Assembly: GCA_044892525.1 (NCBI GenBank)
Contig: CM097885.1
Span: 10,170,001-10,234,000, forward strand
DNA length: 64,000 nt
Origin: Schmidtea polychroa
Lineage: Eukaryota
Direction: 5' to 3'
Shown: one piece after another, positions 10,899-25,364 of the stretch
How the letters are laid out: every line of letters begins with the position of its first letter
How positions within the stretch are numbered: position 1 is the stretch's first letter
Notes under the pieces: generated by a model
What the model was told of the DNA's origin: nothing
The model's input: only the letters and a program-made list of their open reading frames with translations
The model's database searches: none
Position numbers and translations under genes: made by a program

Positions 10899-11529
10899 TT
10901 AGGTAAAGAATTCTACAACAGTAAAGTCAAGCAAATCCTCAATAAACTGAAAATAAACCATTACTCAGTACATTCTCAATACAAAGCAGCCTATGTTGAA
11001 AGATTTAACCGAACTTTGAGAGATAGATTAAAGAAATTATTTGTGCATCAAGGTAATAAAAAATGGGTAAATGTTTTACCAAAAATAATAACCAGTTATA
11101 ATCATTCATCACATCGAGGACTGAATGGATTAAGACCGATTGATATCACTTCAAAAACATTCTATTCTAAAAAACATGTAAAAATTGCAAAACCTAAATA
11201 TAAAGTCGGTGACCATGTTAGAATTAGTAAAATTAGTGCATCACCATTTATTAAAAATTTTGATACAAATTGGAGTGATGAAGTCTTTGTAATTTCAAAA
11301 ATAAATACTAGCCAGAGTCTTGTAATGTATGTCATCAATGACAATGATAATAATATTGTACAAGGGAAATTTTATGAGCAGGAATTACAAGTCATTCCTC
11401 CCCCAAAAGTATTTAGAATTCAAAAAAATATTGAAAACTAAAAAGGTCGGTAAGGATAAACAATACTAAGTCAAATGGCATGGTTATCAAAACCCATCAT
11501 GGATATCAGCAAAAGACCTAATAAACTGA
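10443..11529 (+). pseudogene. Retroviral-like (rve) integrase with chromodomain; intron 10831-10902; inactivated
   Basis: LQTDLG|KEF, VERFNRTL; first catalytic Asp changed to His (WQMH vs WQMD in B); frameshift and stop in the chromodomain. Confidence 0.93.
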
Positions 11530-12508
11530 ATTTTTATACTATTTTACCAAGCAATAGCTGCCTATTAATTCATCCGGACAATCAAGCCAGTAAATTCATG
11601 GTCAATCTCCAGAATCCGATTTCTTTAAATGGGGACTGGGAAGTTGCACTGCAAGATTTTACATTCGTGTACAACACATTCCCATTTTATAGTCAATGTA
11701 AGATTGATTTCAAAAGGAATATTGTGAAAACATGTAGCGGTATCTTTGTTATCAGTAATTATGATAAAACATATCATATTCCGAATCAAATATTAGATTC
11801 GCATTGCTATATGTTTTACAAGGATGGATAAAATATCAGTTGTGATTTTAAACCATTTACAATAACATTCGAAACTATTGAAGATGCCAAACGAATGGGT
11901 TGCAATAAGTTGAAAAATGATGTTATGGAAACAGAATATTTATTACGTTTTGATCTATTTGAAGCAAACAGTTTAATGAAAGAAGAAATCAAAATATCAG
12001 TGTCGTATAATAATGAATGAATAATGATGAATTATATATTGATAAACTTGATGTGTTACTTAAATATTTAAAGTACAATTGTTCACACATATTTAAAAGT
12101 TTGGACATTGTGAAAGATTTATTGTTTACTTTCAGTTTGAATGATGACATTTGCGAAGTTACATTTGATAAATATTTGACAAATACACTTGGATTAGAGA
12201 AGCAAAAATATCGAGGAAAAGCTGATGGTATACGTAAACCAAGAATACTTGAACATCATCAACAAATGATCATATATACTAATATTATTGAGCCCATAAT
12301 TGTTGGTGATTCTAGTGTTCCTCTATTGAAATCGGTATGGATTGGAAAATATGAACACGATGAAGTTGTCAATATAAATATGGATAATCCCATGTATTTA
12401 CCAATTGCAAGCTCATGTATAAACAATATAGAAATAAATATTCGTGACGATAGTGGGAACCTTACAAACTTTCCAAAAGATTCGAAGACTCATTTGACAT
12501 TACATTTT
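11526..12508 (+). pseudogene. Minor capsid (penton-like) protein, disrupted
   Basis: FYTILPSNS...PDNQASKF...LNGDWEVAL and IYTNIIEPIIVGD...LTLHF; internal stop and deletion. Confidence 0.88.
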
Positions 12509-12512
12509 AGAT

Positions 12513-13571
12513 TTGAACGATACTTTATTGACTGTTCAGATCAAGGTTGTAGATAAAGATAGAAAGGTTTTGGATGCCAATGCAGATGTAATACCGAACA
12601 ATTTCCTGTTTCATACTCTTTTTAAAGATGCAGTGTTGGGATTTAATAATATCAAGATTGAGGGTGGAAATAATACATTCATTCACAAGGCCTTGATAGA
12701 AACTATTTTAAATTACAATTCCGATACTAAAAACACTTGTCTTACTCCTATGAGTTATGCAGCAGCAGATGATGAAAGAAAAAAGTGGGTTAAAGGTTCA
12801 AAAGTATTCACTATGTGCTCATCATTACAACTCGACTTTATGGATCAGCCGAAATATTTACTTCCTGGAGTTAATGTACATATTAGACTGAAAAGATCAG
12901 ATTCTGCATTATCTCTTACTAATGCAGGCGCACCAATATGTCAATTAGTTGATGCAAAATTATTGGTGAGAAGAGTTCGAGTGGACCCCTCAGTATTAAC
13001 TGGTCATCAATTGGGTCTTAATTCAAAACATGCAATTTATCCATTAAAGACAAAGGAAATTGTACAATTCGCTATTGCTAAAGGTGCTTCATCATTCTAT
13101 AAAGAACAAATATTTGGTGACAGAAGAATGCCTAATTTTATCCTGATAACATTTCAAAGTGAAACTCAATATAACGGATCATATACTACATCCAGCTCAA
13201 TTTTCAAAAACTTTGGTGTTACATCACTGACTTTGTCTAAAAATACAGATTATAGAGAAACATATACTCAAGATTTCGAAAGTGATAATTACTGTGCTAC
13301 ATATATGCAGAGTATTGTTAGAAATTTGGGTTATTTAGATAAAAACTTAAATTGTGGAATAACTCTTGAAGAATTTAAAACCAAATACCCATTTTTTACA
13401 TTTGTTTTAGCCCCCGATTTTGATTTAAATCAGAGTCAATTACCACAAAAAGGGAATTTACGACTGGATATAAAGTTTGCAAGAGCGATTACTGAACCGG
13501 TACATGTTATTATATATGGAGTATTTGAAAATGAAGTTCAAATTACTGCAAATAGAACTGTGCTGGTATAA
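12513..13571 (+). pseudogene. Double jelly-roll major capsid protein lacking ~52 N-terminal codons
   Basis: Polinton MCP-like motifs (LDFMDQPKYLLPGV, GNLRLDIKFA); N-terminus deleted relative to B. Confidence 0.9.
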
Positions 13572-13600
13572 ATGTGTGAATAAATCTAGAAACATTTGTC

Positions 13601-13882
13601 ATGGAGTAAGTTTTCTTTAAACTAATAAAATTATTATGTTAGTTCTATTCAGATAAATCGAATTGGTACTCAAATATTAGGTAAAGAGTTTGTTGGAGTG
13701 TACCCACTAGACAAAATTCCCTATTTAGATGTGAATCAAGCCATAATTGTCAACACAGATTCGTCTACTCTGGGAGGAGAACATTGGATTGCAATCTACG
13801 TGAAGCCGAATAAAATATATGTTTTCGATCCAATGGGATTTTACTATCCAGCCCTATTGATCAAAAAGCTATCAACTATTGG
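13601..13882 (+). pseudogene. Adenain-like cysteine protease, truncated before the catalytic Cys
   Basis: ATGGA | 37-nt intron 13606-13642 | gives MDSIQINRIG...GVYPLD...GEHW...FDPMG; homology to B stops at ~13882. Confidence 0.88.
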
Positions 13883-13972
13883 TCAAGTTGATTGCAATAA
13901 ATATATTGTAAAAAAAAATGTTGTGTTACTTTATTTAAACAAAGTCGTTACTGAATTATGTATAATAAATGT

Positions 13973-14009
<37 letters not shown>

Positions 14010-14023
14010 AGCCATGAATTTAT

Positions 14024-14233
<210 letters not shown>

Positions 14234-14564
14234 CGTTTCTCAACAATAAATGCAATCAATATTTGCAGTCCTAAAGAGGGCGTATACACATTCACAATAA
14301 AATATTTAGGACTCAAAAGAGAAACAACGCAATAAAAATAAACATAATTATGAGAACCAATATGCATTAAAAGGACAATTATATTAGTTACAACAAGTAC
14401 CATTACAAAAGTTACAAATGAATCATTATATTGGTGGTTCGATCTCATCTCTTTTCAAAACTGTTCAGAAACTGTGTCAAAACTGGAGAAACTGTGCAGA
14501 AACTAAAATAAAAATAAAAATATTTTTAAAAATAAAACGGATAAATCATTACCATTAATCATTA

Positions 14565-17500
14565 TCATTCGTCTGCAGATGATTCATCAAGAGGCAAAAT
14601 ATTATTTAATTCATTATCTAAAATATTATAATGCCCATATGCGAAGCTCTTGTTCTCTTCAACCCAAACCCTTTTATCATCGTTATTTGTAAGGGCTACC
14701 TTCTTAGTTCTAAATGTAAATAATTGATGGTTTCGTGTACCAAACCGGGATTGATTCACCTTCGGTATACGCATTCCAAGATAACAATCCACATACGATT
14801 GATGTGTGATTTCTGTTCCCTTTAATGATACACCTTTGGCTTTATTTATAGTATCATTATCACTAGTTAGCAAACTATAGCATTTGGGTCTGAGGAATAC
14901 CCATTCTTGATATGATTTGCCTTTGTTTTCGTCCTTGAATTTCCCAATTACAGAATCCAAATTTCGTGAATATAATGGATCTGTAGGATCGTAGTTGCTG
15001 GTGTCTAACAATCCTTCAGCAATCATTGCAGGAAGTAATTGTGATCGCAATTTGACATATTTACATTCGAGGAAGAATGAGTCTGTATCCCCGGCTATGA
15101 TATTTATTTGGCAATTGAACTGTGCTCGATATTTTGACAGTTCAATATATTGTAGTTCATACATTCTAAGTTTAGATAAGTCTAGCACTGTTTGACCAAT
15201 GTAGCTAGGCCTATCTAAACAAACTATATCTTTATTCAGCAAAAGGGCAATTAAATCATCAGCAATTTTAATTGAACGTCTAAATGTTGGCTTTAAAGTG
15301 CATTTAACCAATTTTTCGGCATTGTTGCACAATCTCAGATTTATTCTTTTCTTCAGATTCTCCACTGTCTTGCCGTAAACACTATTATTTAAAAGTTTAT
15401 AAAAATCTCTATCTAAACTATTTTGTGATTCAGCTCGAAGTTGGGTATTTGTGTTGATATAATCCTTCAATATCGGCTTTTGTGTAAATTTTATTGCACG
15501 ATGTATATTGGTGACTTCCACTCCGAGGGCCATATATAATTTCAAAAGTCTCCAATGAATAACATAATTAGTTTTCGCATAATGGGTTAATAATAATTTT
15601 GGTACAGTGGAATCTGGTGGACACATTTTCTCTGCTGCGACTGGAAAATCGTCTAATAGATCGTGGATATTAGACGGGATGACTAAATCAACTTCCAATG
15701 TGTATCCATAAGTTAAATTTTCTAGTTTCGAACTAATAGAGTCAACTAAAATGGATAATAATTCCACTTCATTATATATCCACTCAAAATCGCTACATGG
15801 CAAGTATTGGCTTAACGCCCACCCGTACAGGTTGTTTATATCGATATAAAGCAACTCTGTTTCATCATCTGTTACAGCGAAGTGTTTATTAACAAATGTG
15901 AGACCACCACGGATCCCACCCTCGAAGAAATTATACATCTCCATGTCCATCATTAATTCCACTGGTTCTTCTAAGGTCATGAGCGCAGATGCCCAAGACA
16001 TTCCAGGGATTCCAAAAAAAATTGAGTGGCTCGAGTCCATTATGTGCTTTTGATCTTGCTCGAAATTGTTGGAAGAAATCGTCAAGTAAAAACACATCAA
16101 GTTTTAAATAAATTTGTAAATAATCCATTAGAGTTTCGCAACTTGTTTCTTGCCATATTTGTTGCGCTATTATATACTCTTCATTTGTAACGCATTCCCA
16201 AATAGCGGGCAATTCATATGTTGTTTCTAATATTTCCTCACTTGTGGCAAAATCATAAGGAAAAATTCCTTTGTTGTTTATGATGGTTCCAGTATTGAAT
16301 ACTGAACGGGTCAAAGGCAATTCGTTCATTGTTTTTACTGCATTATGTAATGAAGTATTGACAAACTGATATGAGTCAATAAATCTTATTGTAAATTTAC
16401 CCAGCCATGCTATCAATGTTAAAATTTTCTCTGTGCTTGTTGGTATGCAGCTGAGACTCCAATGAGGAAATTGATTGAGCCCATATTTCAAAATGTGATG
16501 TAGATCATACCCTTTCAGATTATGAAATACGATGGGTAATGTTTCTCTGATTTTCCTTTGTTGATTGCATACATTGCATGAGGCTCCGAGATATTTGCCA
16601 GTGAAATGATCATGGTCTTTCACTTTCTCTGGCATTGGCTTTTTGCACAAGTAACAATTGACTGCTGTGTGGAATTGCAGCTTTTCCTGATTTGTCAAAA
16701 ATTTCATTTGACAATGCCCTCTTGTCTTATAATAAACCTTCACTATATTGTTGACAATATTTTCTACATCCATCAGAAATCTGAATACACAATCTGGTCC
16801 AATAAAATGACTATATTTCGTTGACCCAGTAAAATTATTTACCAGTAACAGTCCCGCTGCTATAGGTAAATGTTTTTGGTGTTGTCTTTCATCAAGTGGT
16901 AAAACAGCTTCGAAGTCAGCATATATAACAAAAGGCAGAGTTACCATTTTTGACCAGTCATTAAATTTTAAATCTGAGTTTTCTGGCAACGTGTATAATG
17001 TTGTGCCCAATTGGTTTTTCTTGCATAAAGCTACATGACTGTCAAAAGCATCTTCTCTTCTAAAACCATTTAAACATGTCTCGCACCATCTGCATTGAAT
17101 ACGGACTGGGCAACTATGAGTTTTTCTACAATTCATTAATCGCTGTAAATCTGGAACTGCAGTATAGTGGTATTGGCCATTCGATTCTAACAATAGTAAA
17201 TACATCGGTGTAACCCAGTTACTTTAGTCCGATGTATTATATCAATATGTGGATGTTTCATTATAATATCCACATTATCGATATCAATCATATTTTTAGG
17301 ATTGTAACTGAGGACATTGATAGCAATTCCTTCGTTATGCTTTTCGAATTTTGAAATGTCCTTCAATTTCATTGGCATATCTAATTCATTATATACCAAT
17401 TCGGACAAGAACTGTGTATAATTTTCAACATTTGTATTATCAGCCATAATGATATCTTTTTTCAAATTGGCTAGCACGCTGTATATGAAACACATATCAT

Positions 17501-18510
17501 CTCCATTGATCACATTTATTAATGCATTTTTATTTATTAAGGCTTTCGGAGTTGGAATATAATTTCTTCCGGATAATCTGGATATTTCGGAAATCTTAGT
17601 TATTTTGAAATTTATTTCAATTATTCTTATCAGACGCCATCCGCTTCCAAGTTCCGATCTGATATGAATTTTCTCGTGCAGCTTTTCAATACCATCTGTA
17701 ATAAACTTTTCAAAATTGTTCTCAGTTACCATCACCGCTTTGTTAGAAAATCTTGATGATTGGAATTCTCCATCTTTTTCGAAATCACATTCTATCCCGA
17801 ATTGAACTTTCACAGTTTTCATCTCCTTGATTGTAGATAATAGTTTATCAGAGAAAGTTTCGGGTAGATTTATCTCATTCATGTTTTTGAACGACATTTT
17901 AATTGTTTTATGACAATTTTTCAAGTCAGATTCAATCTCGACTTCTTTAGTAGGTTCCCATTCATTAACAATCTGGAAATCATCCCATATATTGTCCTCT
18001 TCTACTATTTGTTCCGTTTCCACTGGTTCTTCCACCGGTTCTTCTACTGGTTCTTCCACTGGCTCTTCCACTGGCTCTTCCACTGATTCTTCAATATCTA
18101 CTATCATATTAGTTGATCCACAACCAATCCACAACCAATTTAAAAAATTCCCTGATTCACCTATAACGATAACATCATCATCAGATTCATCTATAATGAT
18201 GATGTTATCATTAAGTTTTTGTTTTTTAGTAGGTACGTCTATTATACCGTTATTAAATAATTTTTTAAAAAATTCTTTTTTATCCGATTTAAAATATGTA
18301 AGATGATCTTTGTGATCATTATAAAATATTTCATAGGGCTTAGTGAAAAGAGCTTCGCAAAATGGGCATAAATAATTTTTTTTTATTATAATAATTTCTT
18401 AAATAGTATTTTTCCATTGCATCATGCATTGTTTCCCATCATGTTCTTTTGCGGTGCAACATTGTTTGTATAAATTACAATTGCTTTATTATGTTTCTTT
18501 TTAAACATAT
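14565..18510 (-). pseudogene. Protein-primed family B DNA polymerase, frameshifted
   Basis: IYADFE, FHNLKGYD, YIDINNLYG, KLLNNSVYGK, AGDTDS, KCY; frameshifts at ~16015 (poly-T) and ~17210; EEPV repeats and a degenerate Cys/His N-terminal region. Confidence 0.95.
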
Positions 18511-19199
18511 TTAACAATAAAAATCTCTCAAAAGTTTATATTTTTTATGGGCGGAAAGGTTGATTTTGATCTTGGTTTATATAGCGAAATGCAATATAAA
18601 AAAGAATTATTTAATTTTATAATATATTTATTTTATTATTTTATGTTTTATTTATTTTTAACCATTAAATGGTTTAATTATATGGTTTATTTATAATATT
18701 GAATTTCATTTATATTATCGGTAATTCATTTATCTCTATTGATTATCATTTATCTTAATTATTATTATTCCAAAATTATTAATATATTAAAATTTATAAT
18801 TAAGTTAATTTGTCCCCGGTATATTCAATTATTTATTCAAATTCAAAATAAGATAAAATCAATTATAATCATTCATAAAATAAATCATTAAGTGGATGTC
18901 CTCGATGATTTGATTTTATTGTATTTGTGTTAGTCTTTTTATTTGCCATACGTATTTACATGCATCAATTTTTAATTTTTTCGAATTTTCAATTTTTTTT
19001 TATAAATTTTAACTTTTTATAGATTTACACTTTTAAATTTCATTGTGCATCTAAATTTATTTTTCACCTCTATACACCATAAAAATGGACAAGGGCAGCA
19101 TTTAGCTTACTATGTAAACTTTATTTTATGAGTTACAATATTATTGAATGCCCTTAGTTATTTCAAAATTGTTCAATTTTTTTTTATCACAATTCATAT

Positions 19200-19880
19200 T
19201 TTTGAAATGAAGTTTCATTTATACTTTCATCATTTTTTATAATAAAATTCATGTTGATCGTCTTAATATAGTTAAAAAAAATATTGTCTAATAAATTTCA
19301 TTTAAAATTTGAACTTTGTACTAATTTTATTTAATATATTACTAATTCTCAATAATTTTAAGAAATTTATTTAAATGAATTCATCTAAATATTTACCAAT
19401 AAACATCTGATTAAATATCATTTTTTTTACTACTTTAAATTTTCTTAAACAAAGATATTATTTTAATATGTTAATTATTTAACAATCCATATATACTTTT
19501 AATTTCACTTACATGAAATACTAGAAGTTTCGTGATGCAATAAAATTTTTAATTAGTCTCGTCTTAGTTGATTAATGTAAAAATAATATTGCAAATAAAA
19601 ATTCGATTTTGAAATGAAGTTTTATTTATACTTTCATCATTTTTTATAATAAAATTCATGTTGATCGTCGTAATATAGTTAAAATAAACTAACAATAACT
19701 ATATTAATATTGTCTAAAAAATAATTTCAGTTAAAATTTGAACATTGTACTAATTTTAATTAATAATTTATATATTACTAATTTTCATTAATTTTAAGAA
19801 ATTTATTTAAATGAATTCATCTAAATATTAACATCTGATTAAATATCATTTTTTACTAATTTAAATTTTCATAAACAAAA
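19200..19880. repeat. ~270-bp direct duplication inside element A (~19200-19460 and ~19607-19880)
   Basis: Shared TTTTGAAATGAAGTTT...GTTGATCGTC...CATCTGATTAAATATCA blocks. Confidence 0.8.
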
Positions 19881-19917
19881 AACTATAGAACTAGAAATCT
19901 AAGTTAAATTTTGTAAT

Positions 19918-20201
19918 TTACTTACATTTTATCTTCTTTGCGAAATATTCAATAGTTCCAGCAGCATAAGCAACAAAATCAGCAACTGAATCCTCATTAA
20001 AATTTCCTGGAAAAGACAATTAAGAATAAACAATGAATTATTATTATTTAACTTTTTCGTCCATATTCTTTTGCAGGTATCGAAGTAACAAAATGTTCTT
20101 CAATTATGACACAATCGCTATCTAGAAAATATATATATATATTTTAAAATGAATTAAAAAAAAATGAAAATACCATTTTCGTAATCGATGTCTGTGATCA
20201 T
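19918..20201 (-). CDS. Putative three-exon 61-aa ORFan
   Basis: ATG 20201; phase-1 introns 20122-20173 and 20007-20052 keep frame: MITDIDYENDSDCVIIEEH...GRKRNFNEDSVADFVAYAAGTIEYFAKKIKCK; ATTGG and TATAAA upstream. Confidence 0.5.
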
Positions 20202-20537
20202 TATCTGTAAAGTTATTTCGTAATAATGAAAATGTTTATAATGAAAAGCATACTTTATTCTCCAGCCAATTAAAATTAAGATAGAAAATATATTACGTTG
20301 TGGTATTTTAAAATTATTTTGTGAAAAGTGAAATAAATATGTGCTTAAATTAACTATGATCATAATTACATATTTTTATTTAAAATAAATAAATAAAATA
20401 TATTTTTTTAAATGTCTGATAATGACCATTTTATTTTACCATTTTTGATTTTGCCCTTATTTTGATTCGATTCAATTATGTATTATATGGTAGACTTTCG
20501 AATGATATAAAACTTGTGTGTGAGTAAAACCGTCCCT

Positions 20538-21365
20538 TATTTATTGCTCCTTATCAATGTTTTCATATACAGACACACATAGATTATCTACCTAAAATAA
20601 AACAAATATATATATAATTTTCATAAATTTTTATCAAATTACATGTATTTTCTTAAAAAATTTTGATTTTACCCTTATTTATTGCCCTTTACACACATTC
20701 ACTTTAGATCTCGCTTAGAAATATTTTTCTATCCTTAAGGTGTGTAATACAAAGACATATGCAATGCATGAGTAACAAAGACATTTGCAATGCAAATGCA
20801 TGAGTAACAAAGATATTTGCAATTCAAATGCATGAGTAACAAAGACATTTGCAAACATAGTATTAAAACGTGTTTTGACTTTGAAAATTTTCTATAAAGT
20901 AATTCGTTAAATGGACTTAGAAAATTTTTAAAATTTTTAATTTTTGACCTCAATTTGACCTTAAAATTAAGGGTAGGGGGTAGGGGGTTGACCTTAAAAT
21001 TTTCTATGACCTTAAAATTAGGGGTAGGGGGTAGGGGGGTTGACCTTAAATTTTTCTATGACCCTAACATTTTCTATGACCTTAAAATTAGGGGTAGGGG
21101 GTAGGGGGGTTGACCTTAAAATTTTCTATGACCTTAAAGTTTTCTATGACCTTAAAATTAGGGGTAGGGGGTAGGGGGGTTGACCTTAAATTTTTCTATG
21201 ACCCTAACATTTTCTATGACCTTAAAATTAGGGGTAGGGGGTAGGGGGTTGACCTTAAAATTTTCTATGACCTTAAAATTAGGGGTAGGGGGGTTGACCT
21301 TAAAATTTTCTATGACCTTAAGTTGACCTTAACGATGAGTCATCGTGGGCTCACTTCTACCTACT
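20538..21365 (-). repeat. Right TIR of element A (G-rich GGGGTAGGGGGTAGGGGG subrepeats)
   Basis: Inverted copy of 5118-5961. Confidence 0.93.
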
Positions 21366-21699
21366 GATATTGTTGTTTTCCTTTTTCCCCGATTTCAAAA
21401 TTCCTTTTCCTTTTTGTACTAATTAATTAGTACTGACCTTGATTTTCATTTTCCTGTTTGATTCCTTTTATTTCCTTTATCTTTCTCATTTTTAATTTCT
21501 TTTCACTTCCGTTTTCTTTTCTGAGTTTCTATAGATCGTCCTGTTTGTCATGGCGATCTTCCCCCAGGTAATTTTATTTATTTATTTGTAAATTGTTATT
21601 TAGGTATCCTCAACATATACAACATAGTATTAAACATTTATTTAATGTTTTATCATCAATATAGTTTATGCTTAAAAAGCGTTGGCGCACTTCGAATGA

Positions 21700-22243
21700 C
21701 TAACCTGGGAGACTTGACTCATGCAGTGGTCACAAAAAATTGCTTGGCACTAAAACACATTTATGTAAACTTTCTGTAAACTATCTTTTCTTTTTCGAAG
21801 TTAAACCTATTGATACTCCTTTAGATAATGAAACAATTATTCCAAAAACGAATGAACCTATGCCAATTGTAGTAACACCAGAAAATACTACAGTTGAAAC
21901 TGACAAAATACTAGTGATTGTGAGACAAGCAATTTTTATTCCAATATCTGCACTAGTCCATCGAGATTTTATTTTTTTATAATGAACAAGTTTTCATCTA
22001 GTTTTTTTTTTCTAATAAAAATCCATTGATTCCATTCGGAGAATCTTTATTGGTTTGAAAGTTCTCTGTTAATGATGGATACAATGGTTTTTTCTTACAA
22101 AACATGGAAGAATTTTCTCTTCAGAAATTTCTGGATAATCCATTTTTATAGGAATTTATTCAAGTCGGGAATATTTAAAAATTCTTTAAATTTAGAACTG
22201 GGTGATTTTTTAAATCATTGAAATACTTGTTGCCATGTATACT
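21700..22243 (-). pseudogene. Degenerate ORF with coiled-coil and hydrophobic hairpin; probably part of the older Polinton into which B inserted
   Basis: Minus-strand HYKKIKSRWTSADIGIKIACLTITSILSVSTVVFSGVTTIGIGSFVFGIIVSL; same strand as remnants right of B. Confidence 0.4.
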
Positions 22244-24020
<1,777 letters not shown>

Positions 24021-24253
24021 GCGTTTGTAACAGATAATATATCCTCCATTTTCACACCAGATATTTCTGCTAATTTTTCCAATAAAAAGTTTATTATAAA
24101 TTCTAAATATTAAATAATTTAATAATTAACTAATCATATTAACCTTTTTCTGTAGTCATTATTAGTATTTTAAAACTATAGTATATATTTGTTTATCGAA
24201 AATAAGCGAAAACAAATATAACTAAATACATTTATTAAATACAACAACATTTA

Positions 24254-24673
24254 TTAAAATAACTGTGAAAGTCTAGCAGACATAATTTTCCAAATTGGTG
24301 AATACACATCATTATTATCAACTTTATATCCTTGGATTGCAATTGTTATATACCAATTTTCGTTTTCTTTGAAGCTGATTTCATCAAAGGAATCATAAAA
24401 TCTTGCATATCGGTTGTTGAAAAATGCATGTTGATTACAAGATAGATTCGTATTCTACCGTTTAAAAATATCATCAATAGTTTTAACATCTATCATTGAA
24501 AGCGTGCCGGATAAAAATTGAAATTAGGTAGGAATTAGCTTGATCGGTGACACCAATTTCATATTGATTTCTTCTTTTAAAAAATACATTTTATAGCTGT
24601 GGAACATTTGAACAGGTTGTACAAGTTCTGCAACAACTTTTGGTTTTTCAGTGCTTGAAATTTTCTTTGTCAT
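24254..24673 (-). pseudogene. Homolog of the 139-aa ORF (7422-7841) with a premature TAG
   Basis: Same length (420 nt); CGG TAG where A has CGG TTG. Confidence 0.8.
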
Positions 24674-24793
24674 CGTGAATTATGATTAAAATGAAATGTT
24701 ACAGGGTTTTTATACCTTTGACTCATGCATATCAACCAATCAGATTATAGCATGTCTTTGTTTTAATTGCATTGATATTGTAATGATAAATAA

Positions 24794-25258
24794 TTAATTA
24801 AGTGATAATAAAAAATCTAAAAATTCATTTCCTTCAATTATTGATTTAATTTCAGATATGATATTATCAACTATACATTTGTAATCAATATTTTTTATTC
24901 CAAGAATTACTATCTTACCGCTAGCGAATATATTAACACACATAGGGTTATATTTTATATATCTCAAAGCTGGAAATAATTCTGGTTCGTAAAAACATGG
25001 TATTAATTTATCCAATTTATTTAAATTGCAAGAAAAACCTATATCGGAAGTTACGGTTATCGATTGTATTTCTAAATCATAAACATTATATTCACTAGCT
25101 TTGATTATTTCCTTACACCCCATAATTCTACATTTACCAGTTTTGAAATATATTATTGGATATTTTTTACTTCTATTGATGAGTTGTTGTGGTTTCCCCA
25201 TTGGAAATACCATTTTTGATACATCAGCTTTTGCCCTGTAATTTATATTTGAAAGCAT
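24794..25258 (-). CDS. TATA-binding-protein-like protein, 154 aa, intact
   Basis: Two TBP repeats: SNINYRA...IIYFKTGKCRIMGCK and EIQSITVTSDIGF...YEPELFPALRY...VNIFASGKIVILGIK. Confidence 0.9.
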   Translation of the reverse strand: MLSNINYRAKADVSKMVFPMGKPQQLINRSKKYPIIYFKTGKCRIMGCKEIIKASEYNVYDLEIQSITVTSDIGFSCNLNKLDKLIPCFYEPELFPALRYIKYNPMCVNIFASGKIVILGIKNIDYKCIVDNIISEIKSIIEGNEFLDFLLSLN

Positions 25259-25364
25259 TTTAATAAAATAATTATAAAAACTCAGATATATATATAGTTA
25301 TTTTAAAACGGAGTTCATTTAAATTATCAATATAAACAATAATTATTTAGTTTAAATTTAAAAA

